A DNA stretch of 64,000 bases from an uncultured Actinomycetes bacterium (GTDB taxonomy: Bacteria; Actinomycetota; UBA4738; HRBIN12). The notes below the pieces were generated by a model. That model made no database searches. It was not told the DNA's origin and saw only the letters and a list, made by a program, of their open reading frames with translations. The translations under genes and the position numbers were made by a program. Shown piece after piece: positions 28,476 to 36,711 of this stretch (position 1 is the stretch's first letter; each line of letters opens with the position of its first letter). The stretch is from positions 3,386,993 through 3,450,992 of the forward strand of contig OY969934.1 of NCBI GenBank assembly GCA_963704725.1, written 5' to 3'.

Positions 28476-28525
28476 ATCCCCGCCGACCAGGCTTCCCGGC
28501 ACACCGACGAGCGACCGCCATCCTA
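28476..28525 (-). promoter_or_regulatory. nhaA promoter -10 and short structured 5' leader (candidate cation riboswitch)
   Basis: TAGGAT, then CUCGUCG-GUGUG-CCGGG-AAG-CCUGG-U-CGGCGGG forming nested stems over the SD region. Confidence 0.55.
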
Positions 28526-28604
28526 CCGCGGGCCGACCGGCCCGCTTCTTGGCGGGACCCTGGTGGTTGTGGGAGGGGTCCCCGGCCGCTAACCTCACCG
28601 CGGT

Positions 28605-29366
28605 TTGACGCAGAGCCAGATCGATCCCCCCGTCACCGCGACCCGTGCCGAACGGCGATCCGCGACCGGCAAGCGCCGGACCCGGCTCGCACTCCTGCTC
28701 GCTCCGGTCGCCCTCGTCGCCGTCGGCGTCGTGCTCATCCTCGTCCTCGGGGGCGGCAAGAGCGGCGGCATCCTCGGGCCGATCATCGGCGGCGGCGAGG
28801 ATGACACGGTGCCGCCGTTCGACTTCCGCTCCGGCAAGACGAGCGTCGTCGCCACGGCGGAGGACGCGGACCCCGCAGCGCTCCAACCCCAGGCGAAGAC
28901 GGTGGCCGAGGAGGTCACGCCCGTCCTGGACGACCTCTACACGAACGGGTTCCTCGACCCGACCAACTGGCGCGACGGGGACTACGGGGAGGTCGTGGAT
29001 CTGTTCTCCGACGAGGCCGCGCCGGCGGCCGAGCAGGACCTCGCCACCCTGACCCTCGGCGCCACGGCCGGCGACGTCTACGACACGGTCACGCCGACCC
29101 GGGGGAGCCTCAAGTTCAGCGTGCTGTTCGACCAGGACGGCAATCCCGACACGGTCGTGGTCTCGGTCAGGTTCACGGCGCTCGGCGCGCGGCAGGACGG
29201 GACGTACACGGCGATCATCAGCGCCGGCGAGCTGTTCCTGCGCGACCTGGGCGGATGGCAGATCACGGCCTTCGACGTGCAGCGCAGCGACAAGGCGACC
29301 CGCGCCCCGTCGCCCTCTCCCGGGCCCTCGAGCTCGGCGTCCGCCTCGGGATCGAGCGGCGGGTGA
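28605..29366 (+). CDS. Membrane-anchored extracellular hypothetical protein
   Basis: One N-terminal TM helix, acidic ectodomain, Ser/Pro tail; GTGA overlap with the LCP gene. Confidence 0.8.
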   Translation: MTQSQIDPPVTATRAERRSATGKRRTRLALLLAPVALVAVGVVLILVLGGGKSGGILGPIIGGGEDDTVPPFDFRSGKTSVVATAEDADPAALQPQAKTVAEEVTPVLDDLYTNGFLDPTNWRDGDYGEVVDLFSDEAAPAAEQDLATLTLGATAGDVYDTVTPTRGSLKFSVLFDQDGNPDTVVVSVRFTALGARQDGTYTAIISAGELFLRDLGGWQITAFDVQRSDKATRAPSPSPGPSSSASASGSSGG

Positions 29367-30355
29367 GCCGGCTCCTGCGCGGCTCGCGGCGCCTGGCGGT
29401 TCCGATCGCCCTGCTCGCGGCGTGGATCGTCGGGTCGACGCTCGGCGCGGCCCCCGCGCCTCGGCGGGCCGAGGCCGTCCCGCTCTTCCAGATCGAGGCC
29501 GCCCACGCCAGCCACGTCCCGGCGCTCGACGGCTCCGAGCCCATCTTCATCCTCGTGATCGGCAGCGACGCCCGCCCCGGCGAGGACATCGCCGGCCAGC
29601 GTGCCGACTCGATCCACATCGTGGCGATCAACCCGGCGAAGGGGAAGGCCACGATCGTCGGCTTCCCGCGCGACTCCTGGGTCGAGATCCCCGGTCGCGG
29701 CTCCGACAAGATCAACGCGGCGATGACGATCGGCGGCCCCGATCTCGTCGTCCAGACCGTCGAGGCCCTCACCGGGCTGACGATGGACTACTGGGCGCTG
29801 ACGTGGTTCGAGGGATTCCAGAAGATGGTCGACGACGTGGGCGGGCTCTCCGTCGACGTGCCCTTCGACGTGGTCGACTCGTACTCGCGCGCGAACATCT
29901 CGGCCGGGGTTCAGGTCCTCGACGGGCGCGCGGCGCTCGCGTTCGCGCGGGCCCGGCACGCCCTGCCGACCGGCGACTTCGGACGCTCGGAGAACCAGGG
30001 CCGGCTGATGGTCGCGGCGCTCGCGCAGTTCCGCCGGGAGTTCACGAAGGACCCCAGCCGGCTCCTCACGTGGATCGGGGCCCTGCTGCGCAACAGCCGC
30101 ACGGACGTGCCGCTCGACGAGCTGCTGACGCTCGCCTTCACCGGAACCACGCTGAACCCCAAGCGGATCACGAACATCGTCCTTCCGGGAGGGGTGGCGA
30201 TGGTCGGCAACACGTCGGTGGTCAACCTCGACGGGACGGTCCTGGAGACGATCTCGAGGGACCTGAAGAACGACGGGCTGCTCACCAAGGCCCACATCCC
30301 GCCGTCGCCGAACGCCGGTCTCCTCCCCTCGCCCGAGCCTTCGCCATCCCCCTGA
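29363..30355 (+). CDS. LCP (LytR-CpsA-Psr) family protein
   Basis: ILVIGSDAR, RADSI, FPRDSWV, KINAA, VDDVGG, ALAFARAR, DFGRSENQ. Confidence 0.93.
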   Translation: MSRLLRGSRRLAVPIALLAAWIVGSTLGAAPAPRRAEAVPLFQIEAAHASHVPALDGSEPIFILVIGSDARPGEDIAGQRADSIHIVAINPAKGKATIVGFPRDSWVEIPGRGSDKINAAMTIGGPDLVVQTVEALTGLTMDYWALTWFEGFQKMVDDVGGLSVDVPFDVVDSYSRANISAGVQVLDGRAALAFARARHALPTGDFGRSENQGRLMVAALAQFRREFTKDPSRLLTWIGALLRNSRTDVPLDELLTLAFTGTTLNPKRITNIVLPGGVAMVGNTSVVNLDGTVLETISRDLKNDGLLTKAHIPPSPNAGLLPSPEPSPSP

Positions 30356-30389
30356 CGCCCGCGTCGTCGAGCCTGGGGCCCGCGGAGCC

Positions 30390-31436
30390 TCACCGCGTGA
30401 GCACGTACGCGACGAACACCGCGTAGAAGGCACCCTGCGCGAGCAGGAGCGGCGCCGCGAACCGGTGCCGGACCCGCAGCGTGTACCACAGCACCGACCC
30501 GGCGGCGAGGGCCACGCAGGCCGCGACGAGCGCCTCGTGCGCCAGATGCCACGGCGTGAGGAGCAGGCCGACCGACACGGGGAACGAGGACTGGAAGACC
30601 ATCGCGCCCGTCATGTTGCCGAGGGCGAGCGTGTCCTTGCGGCGACGGACCCAGATCACGCTGTTGAACTTCTCCGGCAGCTCGGTTGCGAGCGGCGCGA
30701 CGAGCAGCGCGAACACCAGGTGTGAGACGCCGAGACGATCGGCGAGCTCGGTCACCGCGTACACGAACAGCCGGGCGCCGCCCACGATCAGCAGGAGCGA
30801 GACCCCAACCTGCACGATGCTCGGCCACCTCGATGACGCCCGTGACCACTCGGGGAGCCGCCGGCGGAACCGCCGGGCCCAGCCCCACAGGTAGAGGGAC
30901 CGGATCTCGCTCTGCGCCTCCTCCTCCAGATCCTTCGAGCCGGGCGCGCGGAGGTGCCGGCGAACGTAGAGGCCGTAGCCCACCACGAGGACGACCGCGA
31001 GCGCCCAGTGCAGCGGGCGCACGTGGATCAGGCCCGCGAGCATGGCCAGGGCGTACATGACCAGGAAGTAGCCGAGATCCGCGCGGAGGACGCCGCGGTC
31101 GCCCTCGAGCTCCCGGCTCCGTCCGTTCGTACGGGCGTAGATGAGCACCGCGACCGCGATGACGAACATCGCCAGGGTGGTGAGCATGAACGGGGCTCCG
31201 AGGATCGCCCCGATGCCGATCTCCTCGCCGGATGCGTGCCCGGACCAGATGGCGATGATCGGCAGGATCGTCTCGGGAAGAGCAGTGCCGACGGCGGCGA
31301 GGACGCTCCCGACGACCCCCTCGGACAGGCCGAACCCCTCGCCGATCCACTCGATCCCATTCGTGAACAGCTCGGCACCGCCGAGGATCACGCAGAAGGC
31401 GGCGACGAGTCCGAGCAGATGCATGGGCGGCGGCAT
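30390..31436 (-). CDS. CaCA family (sodium:calcium-type) antiporter
   Basis: Alpha-1 repeat AAVGTALPET..GAILGAP and alpha-2 repeat PLATELPEK..LGNMTGA. Confidence 0.9.
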   Translation of the reverse strand: MPPPMHLLGLVAAFCVILGGAELFTNGIEWIGEGFGLSEGVVGSVLAAVGTALPETILPIIAIWSGHASGEEIGIGAILGAPFMLTTLAMFVIAVAVLIYARTNGRSRELEGDRGVLRADLGYFLVMYALAMLAGLIHVRPLHWALAVVLVVGYGLYVRRHLRAPGSKDLEEEAQSEIRSLYLWGWARRFRRRLPEWSRASSRWPSIVQVGVSLLLIVGGARLFVYAVTELADRLGVSHLVFALLVAPLATELPEKFNSVIWVRRRKDTLALGNMTGAMVFQSSFPVSVGLLLTPWHLAHEALVAACVALAAGSVLWYTLRVRHRFAAPLLLAQGAFYAVFVAYVLTR

Positions 31437-31486
31437 CTTCCCATGCCCACAGGCGGCCTCCGGGGCCGTGCTACGCTGCCGGAGTC

Positions 31487-31578
31487 CCGGAGGGGAGTAG
31501 TCCGCAAGCGGATCTCGCCGTCATCACGGCCGACACCGGCCCGGCGGGTCCCCCGCGTGGCGGGGACGAGACCTTCGG
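31487..31578 (+). ncRNA. yybP-ykoY (Mn2+-sensing) riboswitch
   Basis: CCGGAGGGGAGUAG...CGCCGUCAUCACGG...CCGGCG...GACGAGACCUUCGG matches the family core with P1 pairing; -10 TACGCT at 31472-31477. Confidence 0.88.
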
Positions 31579-31607
31579 CCCTGAAGTGATGGGCTGGGAG
31601 GTCACGG

Positions 31608-32927
31608 GTGGTGGTATCGGGCGAGGAGCTTCGGGCTCGGCCCCGGCGGGCCGGGCCGACGATCGCGCTCGCGGCCGGGATCACCGCTCCGGGCCTGGTC
31701 CTGCGGCTCGCCAACCTCCACGTCGGCGATCCCGTGGCCGCGCTCCTGTTCGGCCTCGCCATCGTCGGGGCGGCCTTCCTGCTGTCGTGGGCCGCCGAGG
31801 TCGCGCAGCTGGACGTCTCCGCCGGCCTGGCCATCGCGATCCTCGCGTTGATCGCCGTCCTGCCCGAGTACGCCGTCGACATGGTGTTCGCATCGAAGGG
31901 CGGGAGCGCCGTCGCGGCGTATGGGGCCTCATGCCAGGCCCCCGGCGCCCCCGGCGAGACCGCCTGCTCGCTCGCCTTGGCGAACATGACCGGCGCGAAC
32001 CGGCTCCTCATCGGCATCGGATGGTCGGCGGTCGTGTTCATCGCGTGGGTGCGATCGCGCCGGACGGGCACCCGGATCCGCGAAGTGCGCCTGGAACGCA
32101 CCCACGCCGTCGAGGTGTCGTTCCTGGCGCTCGCCACGTTGTACTCGCTCACCCTGCCCCTGAAGCACTCCGTCACGCCGTGGGACGCGCTCGTCCTCGT
32201 CGCCATCTTCGCCGCGTACACCGTGCGGGTCTCCCGGGCCCCGGCAGAGGAACCGCACCTCGTCGGGCCGGCGCGCCTCATCGGGACGTTCGGCGTCCGC
32301 CGGCGCCGGGTCGCGGTCGTCTCGCTCTTCGCGTTCTCCGCGGCGGTGATCCTGCTGAGCGCCGAGCACTTCGCCGACGCGCTGGTCGCGAGCGGACGCG
32401 AGCTGGGGATCAGCGAGTTCCTCCTCGTCCAGTGGCTGGCGCCCCTCGCGTCCGAGGCGCCGGAGCTGCTCGTGGCCGGGCTGTACGCGTGGCGGCTCAA
32501 CACGAACGCCGGTCTCGGGACCCTCGTCTCGTCCAAGGTCAACCAGTGGACGCTCCTCGTGGGGACGCTCCCGATCGTGTTCGCCATCGCCCTCGGCGGC
32601 CTGCACGGGCTCCCCATCGACGGCCACCAGCGACAGGAGCTCTTCCTCACCGCCGCACAGTCGTTCTTCGCTCTCGCCGTGCTCGCCACGCTCTCGATCT
32701 CCACGCGCGAGGCGCTGCTCCTCTTCTGCCTGTTCTGGGCCCAGTTCGCGATCGGGGCGGCCGTTCCGGATTCGGCCCACGGCGTCGAGCTCGTCGTCGT
32801 CGCCGTCTCGTATCTCGCGCTCGGCGTGTGGATCCTCGCCGGCGAGCGCCGACTGCTCGTCGGCCTGCTCCGCGACGGCCTCCGGACGTCCTACGCGGAT
32901 CTGGGACGCGAGATCCCGGGCGAGTAG
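31608..32927 (+). CDS. CaCA-superfamily cation antiporter under the yybP-ykoY riboswitch
   Basis: AVLPEYAVD..ALANMTGANR and PLASEAPE..LVSSKVNQWTLL alpha repeats; many TM helices; SD GGAGG. Confidence 0.88.
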   Translation: MVVSGEELRARPRRAGPTIALAAGITAPGLVLRLANLHVGDPVAALLFGLAIVGAAFLLSWAAEVAQLDVSAGLAIAILALIAVLPEYAVDMVFASKGGSAVAAYGASCQAPGAPGETACSLALANMTGANRLLIGIGWSAVVFIAWVRSRRTGTRIREVRLERTHAVEVSFLALATLYSLTLPLKHSVTPWDALVLVAIFAAYTVRVSRAPAEEPHLVGPARLIGTFGVRRRRVAVVSLFAFSAAVILLSAEHFADALVASGRELGISEFLLVQWLAPLASEAPELLVAGLYAWRLNTNAGLGTLVSSKVNQWTLLVGTLPIVFAIALGGLHGLPIDGHQRQELFLTAAQSFFALAVLATLSISTREALLLFCLFWAQFAIGAAVPDSAHGVELVVVAVSYLALGVWILAGERRLLVGLLRDGLRTSYADLGREIPGE

Positions 32928-32965
32928 ACCGCCGGGCTCGTCGCCGCCCCGACTACCATCGGCCG

Positions 32966-35227
32966 GTGGACCCGCGCGCCTTCCTCGCTTCGCTCGAGCG
33001 CGACGAGTCGTTCGTCCATCTCCACGAGATACCCGCGCGCGAGCCCGACCCGGGCCCGTTCCCCGACGACGTGCCGGGTCTGGTCGTCGACCGGTTCGGG
33101 CTGGTGGGGATCACCGGCCTGTACGAGCACCAGCTCCGGGCGCTCGAGCTCGTGCGCTCCGGTCGGAACGTCGTGGTCGCCACGGGAACCGCGTCGGGCA
33201 AGACGCTCGTCTACAACCTGGCCTTCGCGGCCGAGGCGGTGGCCGACCCCAAGCGCACCGCCCTGTACCTGTTCCCGACGAAGGCGCTGGCCCGCGACCA
33301 GCTGCGCCAGATCCGCGACCTCAAGCTCCCGCAGGTGCGCGCCGCGGTCTTCGACGGCGACACGCCGAGGGACGAGCGCCCCCTGATCCGACGCAACGCC
33401 AACCTCGTGCTGTCGAACCCCGACATGCTCCACGCGTCGATGCTGCCCGACCACGCAAGGTGGGCGGACTTCTTCCTGCGGTTGTCGCTCGTCGTGGTCG
33501 ACGAGGCGCACGTGGCCCGCGGCGTGTTCGGCTCGCACGTCGCCCACGTGCTCCGGCGGCTCCGGCGGCTCGTGGCCCACTACGGCGGCGAGCCCCGATA
33601 CGTGCTGGCGAGCGCCACGATCGGCAACCCGGCCGAGCTCGCCGAGCGGCTCGTCGGTGTGCCGTTCGACGCCGTGACTGAGGACCGCTCGCCCTCGGGA
33701 GGCAAGCTGTTCGCGCTGCTGAACCCGCCGGTGATCGACGACGAGTCCGGGGCGCGCCGCAGCGCGCTCACGGAGGCCGCGCAGCTCGTCGCGCGGATGG
33801 CGGAGGCCGGCGTGAAGTCGATCGGCTTCACCCGGTCGCGCCGCGCCGCCGAGCTCCTGGCCGAGTTCGCCCGGCGCGAGCTCGACCCGGAGCTCCGGCC
33901 CCGGGTGAAGTCGTACCGCGCCGGCTACCTGGCCGAGGACCGGCGGGAGCTCGAGCGGCAGCTCGCGAACGACGAGCTGATCGCCGTGGCGTCGACGAAC
34001 GCGCTCGAGCTCGGCATCGACATCGGCTCGCTCGACGCGGCCGTGCTCGTCGGCTACCCGGGCACGCGGGCCTCGATGTGGCAACAGGCGGGCCGAGCCG
34101 GGCGCCGGGCCGGCGGCTCGCTGGCGGTGCTCGTCGCCCAGGACGATCCCCTCGACCAGTTCCTGGTCACCCACCCGGCCGACCTGTTCGACAAGCCGCC
34201 GGAGGCCTCGGTGATCGACCCCACGAACCCGTTCGTGCTCGAGCCGCACCTGGCGTGCGCCGCGCGCGAGTATCCCCTGTCCGTCGACGAGGTCGCGACG
34301 TTCTGGCCGGGCGCGGAGGGCGCGATCGAGCACCTGCAGGCGGCCGGCGAGCTGACGCGGCGAAAGGACCGGTGGCACCACCGGGGTCGCGAGGCGCCGC
34401 ACCGGCGCGTGAACCTCCGCAGCGCCGGGGGTCATACCTTCGCCATCGTGATCGAGGAGACCGGGGAGCTCCTCGGCACGGTCGACGAGTCGCGCGCCTT
34501 CGCCCAGGTCCACCCGGGCGCGATCTACCTCCATCAGGGTGAGCAGTTCGAGGTTCGCGAGCTCGACCTCGCGGGCCACGCGGCGCTCGTCGCGCGGAGC
34601 GATCCGGACTTCTACACCCAGGCCCGGGACACGACCGACATCCGGGTCGAGGGCGTGGACGAGCAGGACAGGACGAGCGGCGGGGTACCGGCCTTCTCCG
34701 GGTCGGTGCACGTGACCGACCAGGTCGTGGCGTACGCGCGCAAGCACGTGGCCACGGGCGAGATCCTCGAGATCGTCCCACTCGACCTTCCCCCGCAGAC
34801 GCTCGAGACGAAGGCGGTGTGGTGGGCGATCCCCCGCGACACGATCGAACGGGCCGCGATCCGCGAGTCCGCGCTCCCCGGCGCGGCGCACGCCGCCGAG
34901 CACGCGGCGATCGGCCTCCTCCCGCTCGTCGCGACGTGCGACCGGTGGGACGTGGGGGGCGTCTCGACCGCGTACCACCCCGACACCGCCTCGTGCGCGA
35001 TCTTCGTGTACGACGGCTATCCCGGCGGGGCCGGGATCACCCACCGGGGGTTCGCCGCCGCCGAGCGCTGGCTCGAGGCCACGCTGGAGACCGTCCGGAC
35101 CTGTCCATGCCCGCACGGGTGCCCCTCGTGCGTGCAATCCCCCAAGTGCGGCAACGGGAACGAGCCGCTCGACAAGGCGGGCGCGGTAGCCTTGCTCGCC
35201 GCGATGCTGGGGAGGCCTCGAGGATGA
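32966..35227 (+). CDS. DEAD/DEAH helicase with DUF1998 Zn domain (MrfA/YprA/Hrq1/SftH-like)
   Basis: TGTASGKT, PTKALARDQ, DEAH, SAT, TNALELGIDIG, QQAGRAGR, YDGYPGGAG, CPCPHGCPSC. Leaderless TACCAT-N6-GTG. Confidence 0.95.
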   Translation: MDPRAFLASLERDESFVHLHEIPAREPDPGPFPDDVPGLVVDRFGLVGITGLYEHQLRALELVRSGRNVVVATGTASGKTLVYNLAFAAEAVADPKRTALYLFPTKALARDQLRQIRDLKLPQVRAAVFDGDTPRDERPLIRRNANLVLSNPDMLHASMLPDHARWADFFLRLSLVVVDEAHVARGVFGSHVAHVLRRLRRLVAHYGGEPRYVLASATIGNPAELAERLVGVPFDAVTEDRSPSGGKLFALLNPPVIDDESGARRSALTEAAQLVARMAEAGVKSIGFTRSRRAAELLAEFARRELDPELRPRVKSYRAGYLAEDRRELERQLANDELIAVASTNALELGIDIGSLDAAVLVGYPGTRASMWQQAGRAGRRAGGSLAVLVAQDDPLDQFLVTHPADLFDKPPEASVIDPTNPFVLEPHLACAAREYPLSVDEVATFWPGAEGAIEHLQAAGELTRRKDRWHHRGREAPHRRVNLRSAGGHTFAIVIEETGELLGTVDESRAFAQVHPGAIYLHQGEQFEVRELDLAGHAALVARSDPDFYTQARDTTDIRVEGVDEQDRTSGGVPAFSGSVHVTDQVVAYARKHVATGEILEIVPLDLPPQTLETKAVWWAIPRDTIERAAIRESALPGAAHAAEHAAIGLLPLVATCDRWDVGGVSTAYHPDTASCAIFVYDGYPGGAGITHRGFAAAERWLEATLETVRTCPCPHGCPSCVQSPKCGNGNEPLDKAGAVALLAAMLGRPRG

Positions 35228-35709
35228 GGGAGCCGTACGTCGCCGTCGTCGGGCCGTCGGCCGGGACGCCGGTCGAGCTCGCGCTGGGCGAGGCCGTGGG
35301 GCGAGGGCTGGCGCAGGCCGGCGCGGTGCTCGTGTGCGGGGGGATGGGCGGCGTGATGGAGGCGGCCGCCGGGGGCGCCGTGAAGGCGGGCGGGAAGACC
35401 GTCGGCATCCTGCCCACGGCTTCGCGACTGGAGGGCAACCCGTACCTGACGATCGCGGTGGCGACGGGGATGGGCGAGGCCCGCAACGCGATCGTCGTCC
35501 GCACGGCCGACGTCGTCATCGCGGTTCACGGCGAGTTCGGCACGCTGTCGGAGATCGCGCTCGCGCTGAAGATGGGCAAGCCCGTCGTCGGGCTCGGGAC
35601 GTGGGAGCTGCGCCGGGCCGGCGAGAGCGTCGAGGCCATCATCCGCGCCAAGAACCCCGAGGAGGCGGTGGCCAAGGCCATGGAGCGCGTCCCCATCGAC
35701 CGACTTTGA
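35224..35709 (+). CDS. TIGR00725 / LOG-like (SLOG) protein
   Basis: CGGMGGVMEA, VGILP, TGMGEARN, GEFGTLSEIALAL; ATGA overlap with the helicase. Confidence 0.92.
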   Translation: MREPYVAVVGPSAGTPVELALGEAVGRGLAQAGAVLVCGGMGGVMEAAAGGAVKAGGKTVGILPTASRLEGNPYLTIAVATGMGEARNAIVVRTADVVIAVHGEFGTLSEIALALKMGKPVVGLGTWELRRAGESVEAIIRAKNPEEAVAKAMERVPIDRL

Positions 35710-35758
35710 GCCACTCCGGCGACGACCGGCCCTCCAAGGTTCGACCGGCCCCGCCGGT

Positions 35759-36106
35759 GTGGGCCGTTCGGCCCCGGCGGCTCTCGAGGACCCCGGGCAC
35801 CATGCTCGGACGGACGCGGAGACCCCCCCGAACCGGCTCCCCCTCGGTTACGTCGGCTTCAACGGCGCGATCGGGACCGCGCACGTCCTCCGCCACGACG
35901 AGGGCGCGGACGAGCTCGACCCCTTTCTCGAGCAGATCCGCCTGCTCGTGGAGCGCCCGGGGATCCGGACGATCCGCATGAGCGGCCACGCGGGGTGCTC
36001 CTCGCCGGCCTTGGCGGCGGGTCTCGAGGAGCTGTGCGAGCGGGCCCGCGCCAGGGGCATCGTCCTCGAGGTGCTCCCCGGCGTCTGCCAGACGGCCGCC
36101 GAGTAG
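35759..36106 (+). CDS. Small hypothetical protein, weakly STAS-like
   Basis: C-terminal half (IRMSGHAGCSS...LEELCERARARGIVLEVL) recalls STAS domains; start unclear. Confidence 0.4.
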   Translation: MGRSAPAALEDPGHHARTDAETPPNRLPLGYVGFNGAIGTAHVLRHDEGADELDPFLEQIRLLVERPGIRTIRMSGHAGCSSPALAAGLEELCERARARGIVLEVLPGVCQTAAE

Positions 36107-36228
36107 TCCCCGCCGATCGGCGTGCGGCGTACCGCCGAAGGTCGGCGCGGGAGGCGACCGACGACCGATGCGCCCCTCCCCGGGATGGGCGACCCTGGGC
36201 TCTCGTCAAGCGTCGGGAGGAATCGCAC

Positions 36229-36702
36229 ATGGTCGTCGGCATCGCGCTCCTGATCGTTGGCTCGCTCGGCACGATCGGCCTGGCGGCCCTGCTCTCGGCC
36301 TCCACGTCGGAGGGCACGATCGAGCTGGGTTCGCTCGCCACCCTCAGCCCACGGACGGCGGCGCTCGTCACCGCCGGTGTGGCGCTCGGCGCGGCCGTCG
36401 TCCTCGCCGCCGGCGTGCTGGCCGTTCGGCGCGATCGATCGCATCGAGCTCGCGTGTCGGATCAGGACGAGCGCGCCCGCGCCGCGGAGGAGGAGGCGCG
36501 GGCCCGGCTCCTCGAGCTTCGACTGGCGCAGCTCGAGCACGAGGTCGAGCACCTGGAGCTCCGCCGGGCCGCGGCGCTCGGGGAGCTGCAGGTCCCGCCC
36601 CCGGGCGAGGACGAGCCACGCCTGGTCCTGGTTCCGGACGTAGGCGAGGCCACCGAGCTGTCCCGGCGCCTGGCCTCGGCGCCTCGCGGGCGCCGGGACT
36701 GA
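36229..36702 (+). CDS. Hypothetical 2-TM protein with coiled-coil tail
   Basis: SD GGAGG, two hydrophobic segments, then heptad-rich LELRLAQLEHEVEHLE. Confidence 0.75.
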   Translation: MVVGIALLIVGSLGTIGLAALLSASTSEGTIELGSLATLSPRTAALVTAGVALGAAVVLAAGVLAVRRDRSHRARVSDQDERARAAEEEARARLLELRLAQLEHEVEHLELRRAAALGELQVPPPGEDEPRLVLVPDVGEATELSRRLASAPRGRRD

Positions 36703-36711
36703 GCCACCCGG

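Noticed and set aside
31586-35227. Apparent 1213-aa helicase with a long N-terminal extension
   Set aside because: The first 460 codons are an off-frame read over the CaCA gene; the helicase has its own leaderless start at 32966.
32966-35709. DISARM/Druantia-type defence system suggested by DUF1998
   Set aside because: No methylase, DrmA/DrmD or PLD genes; architecture fits a stand-alone MrfA/Hrq1 repair helicase.
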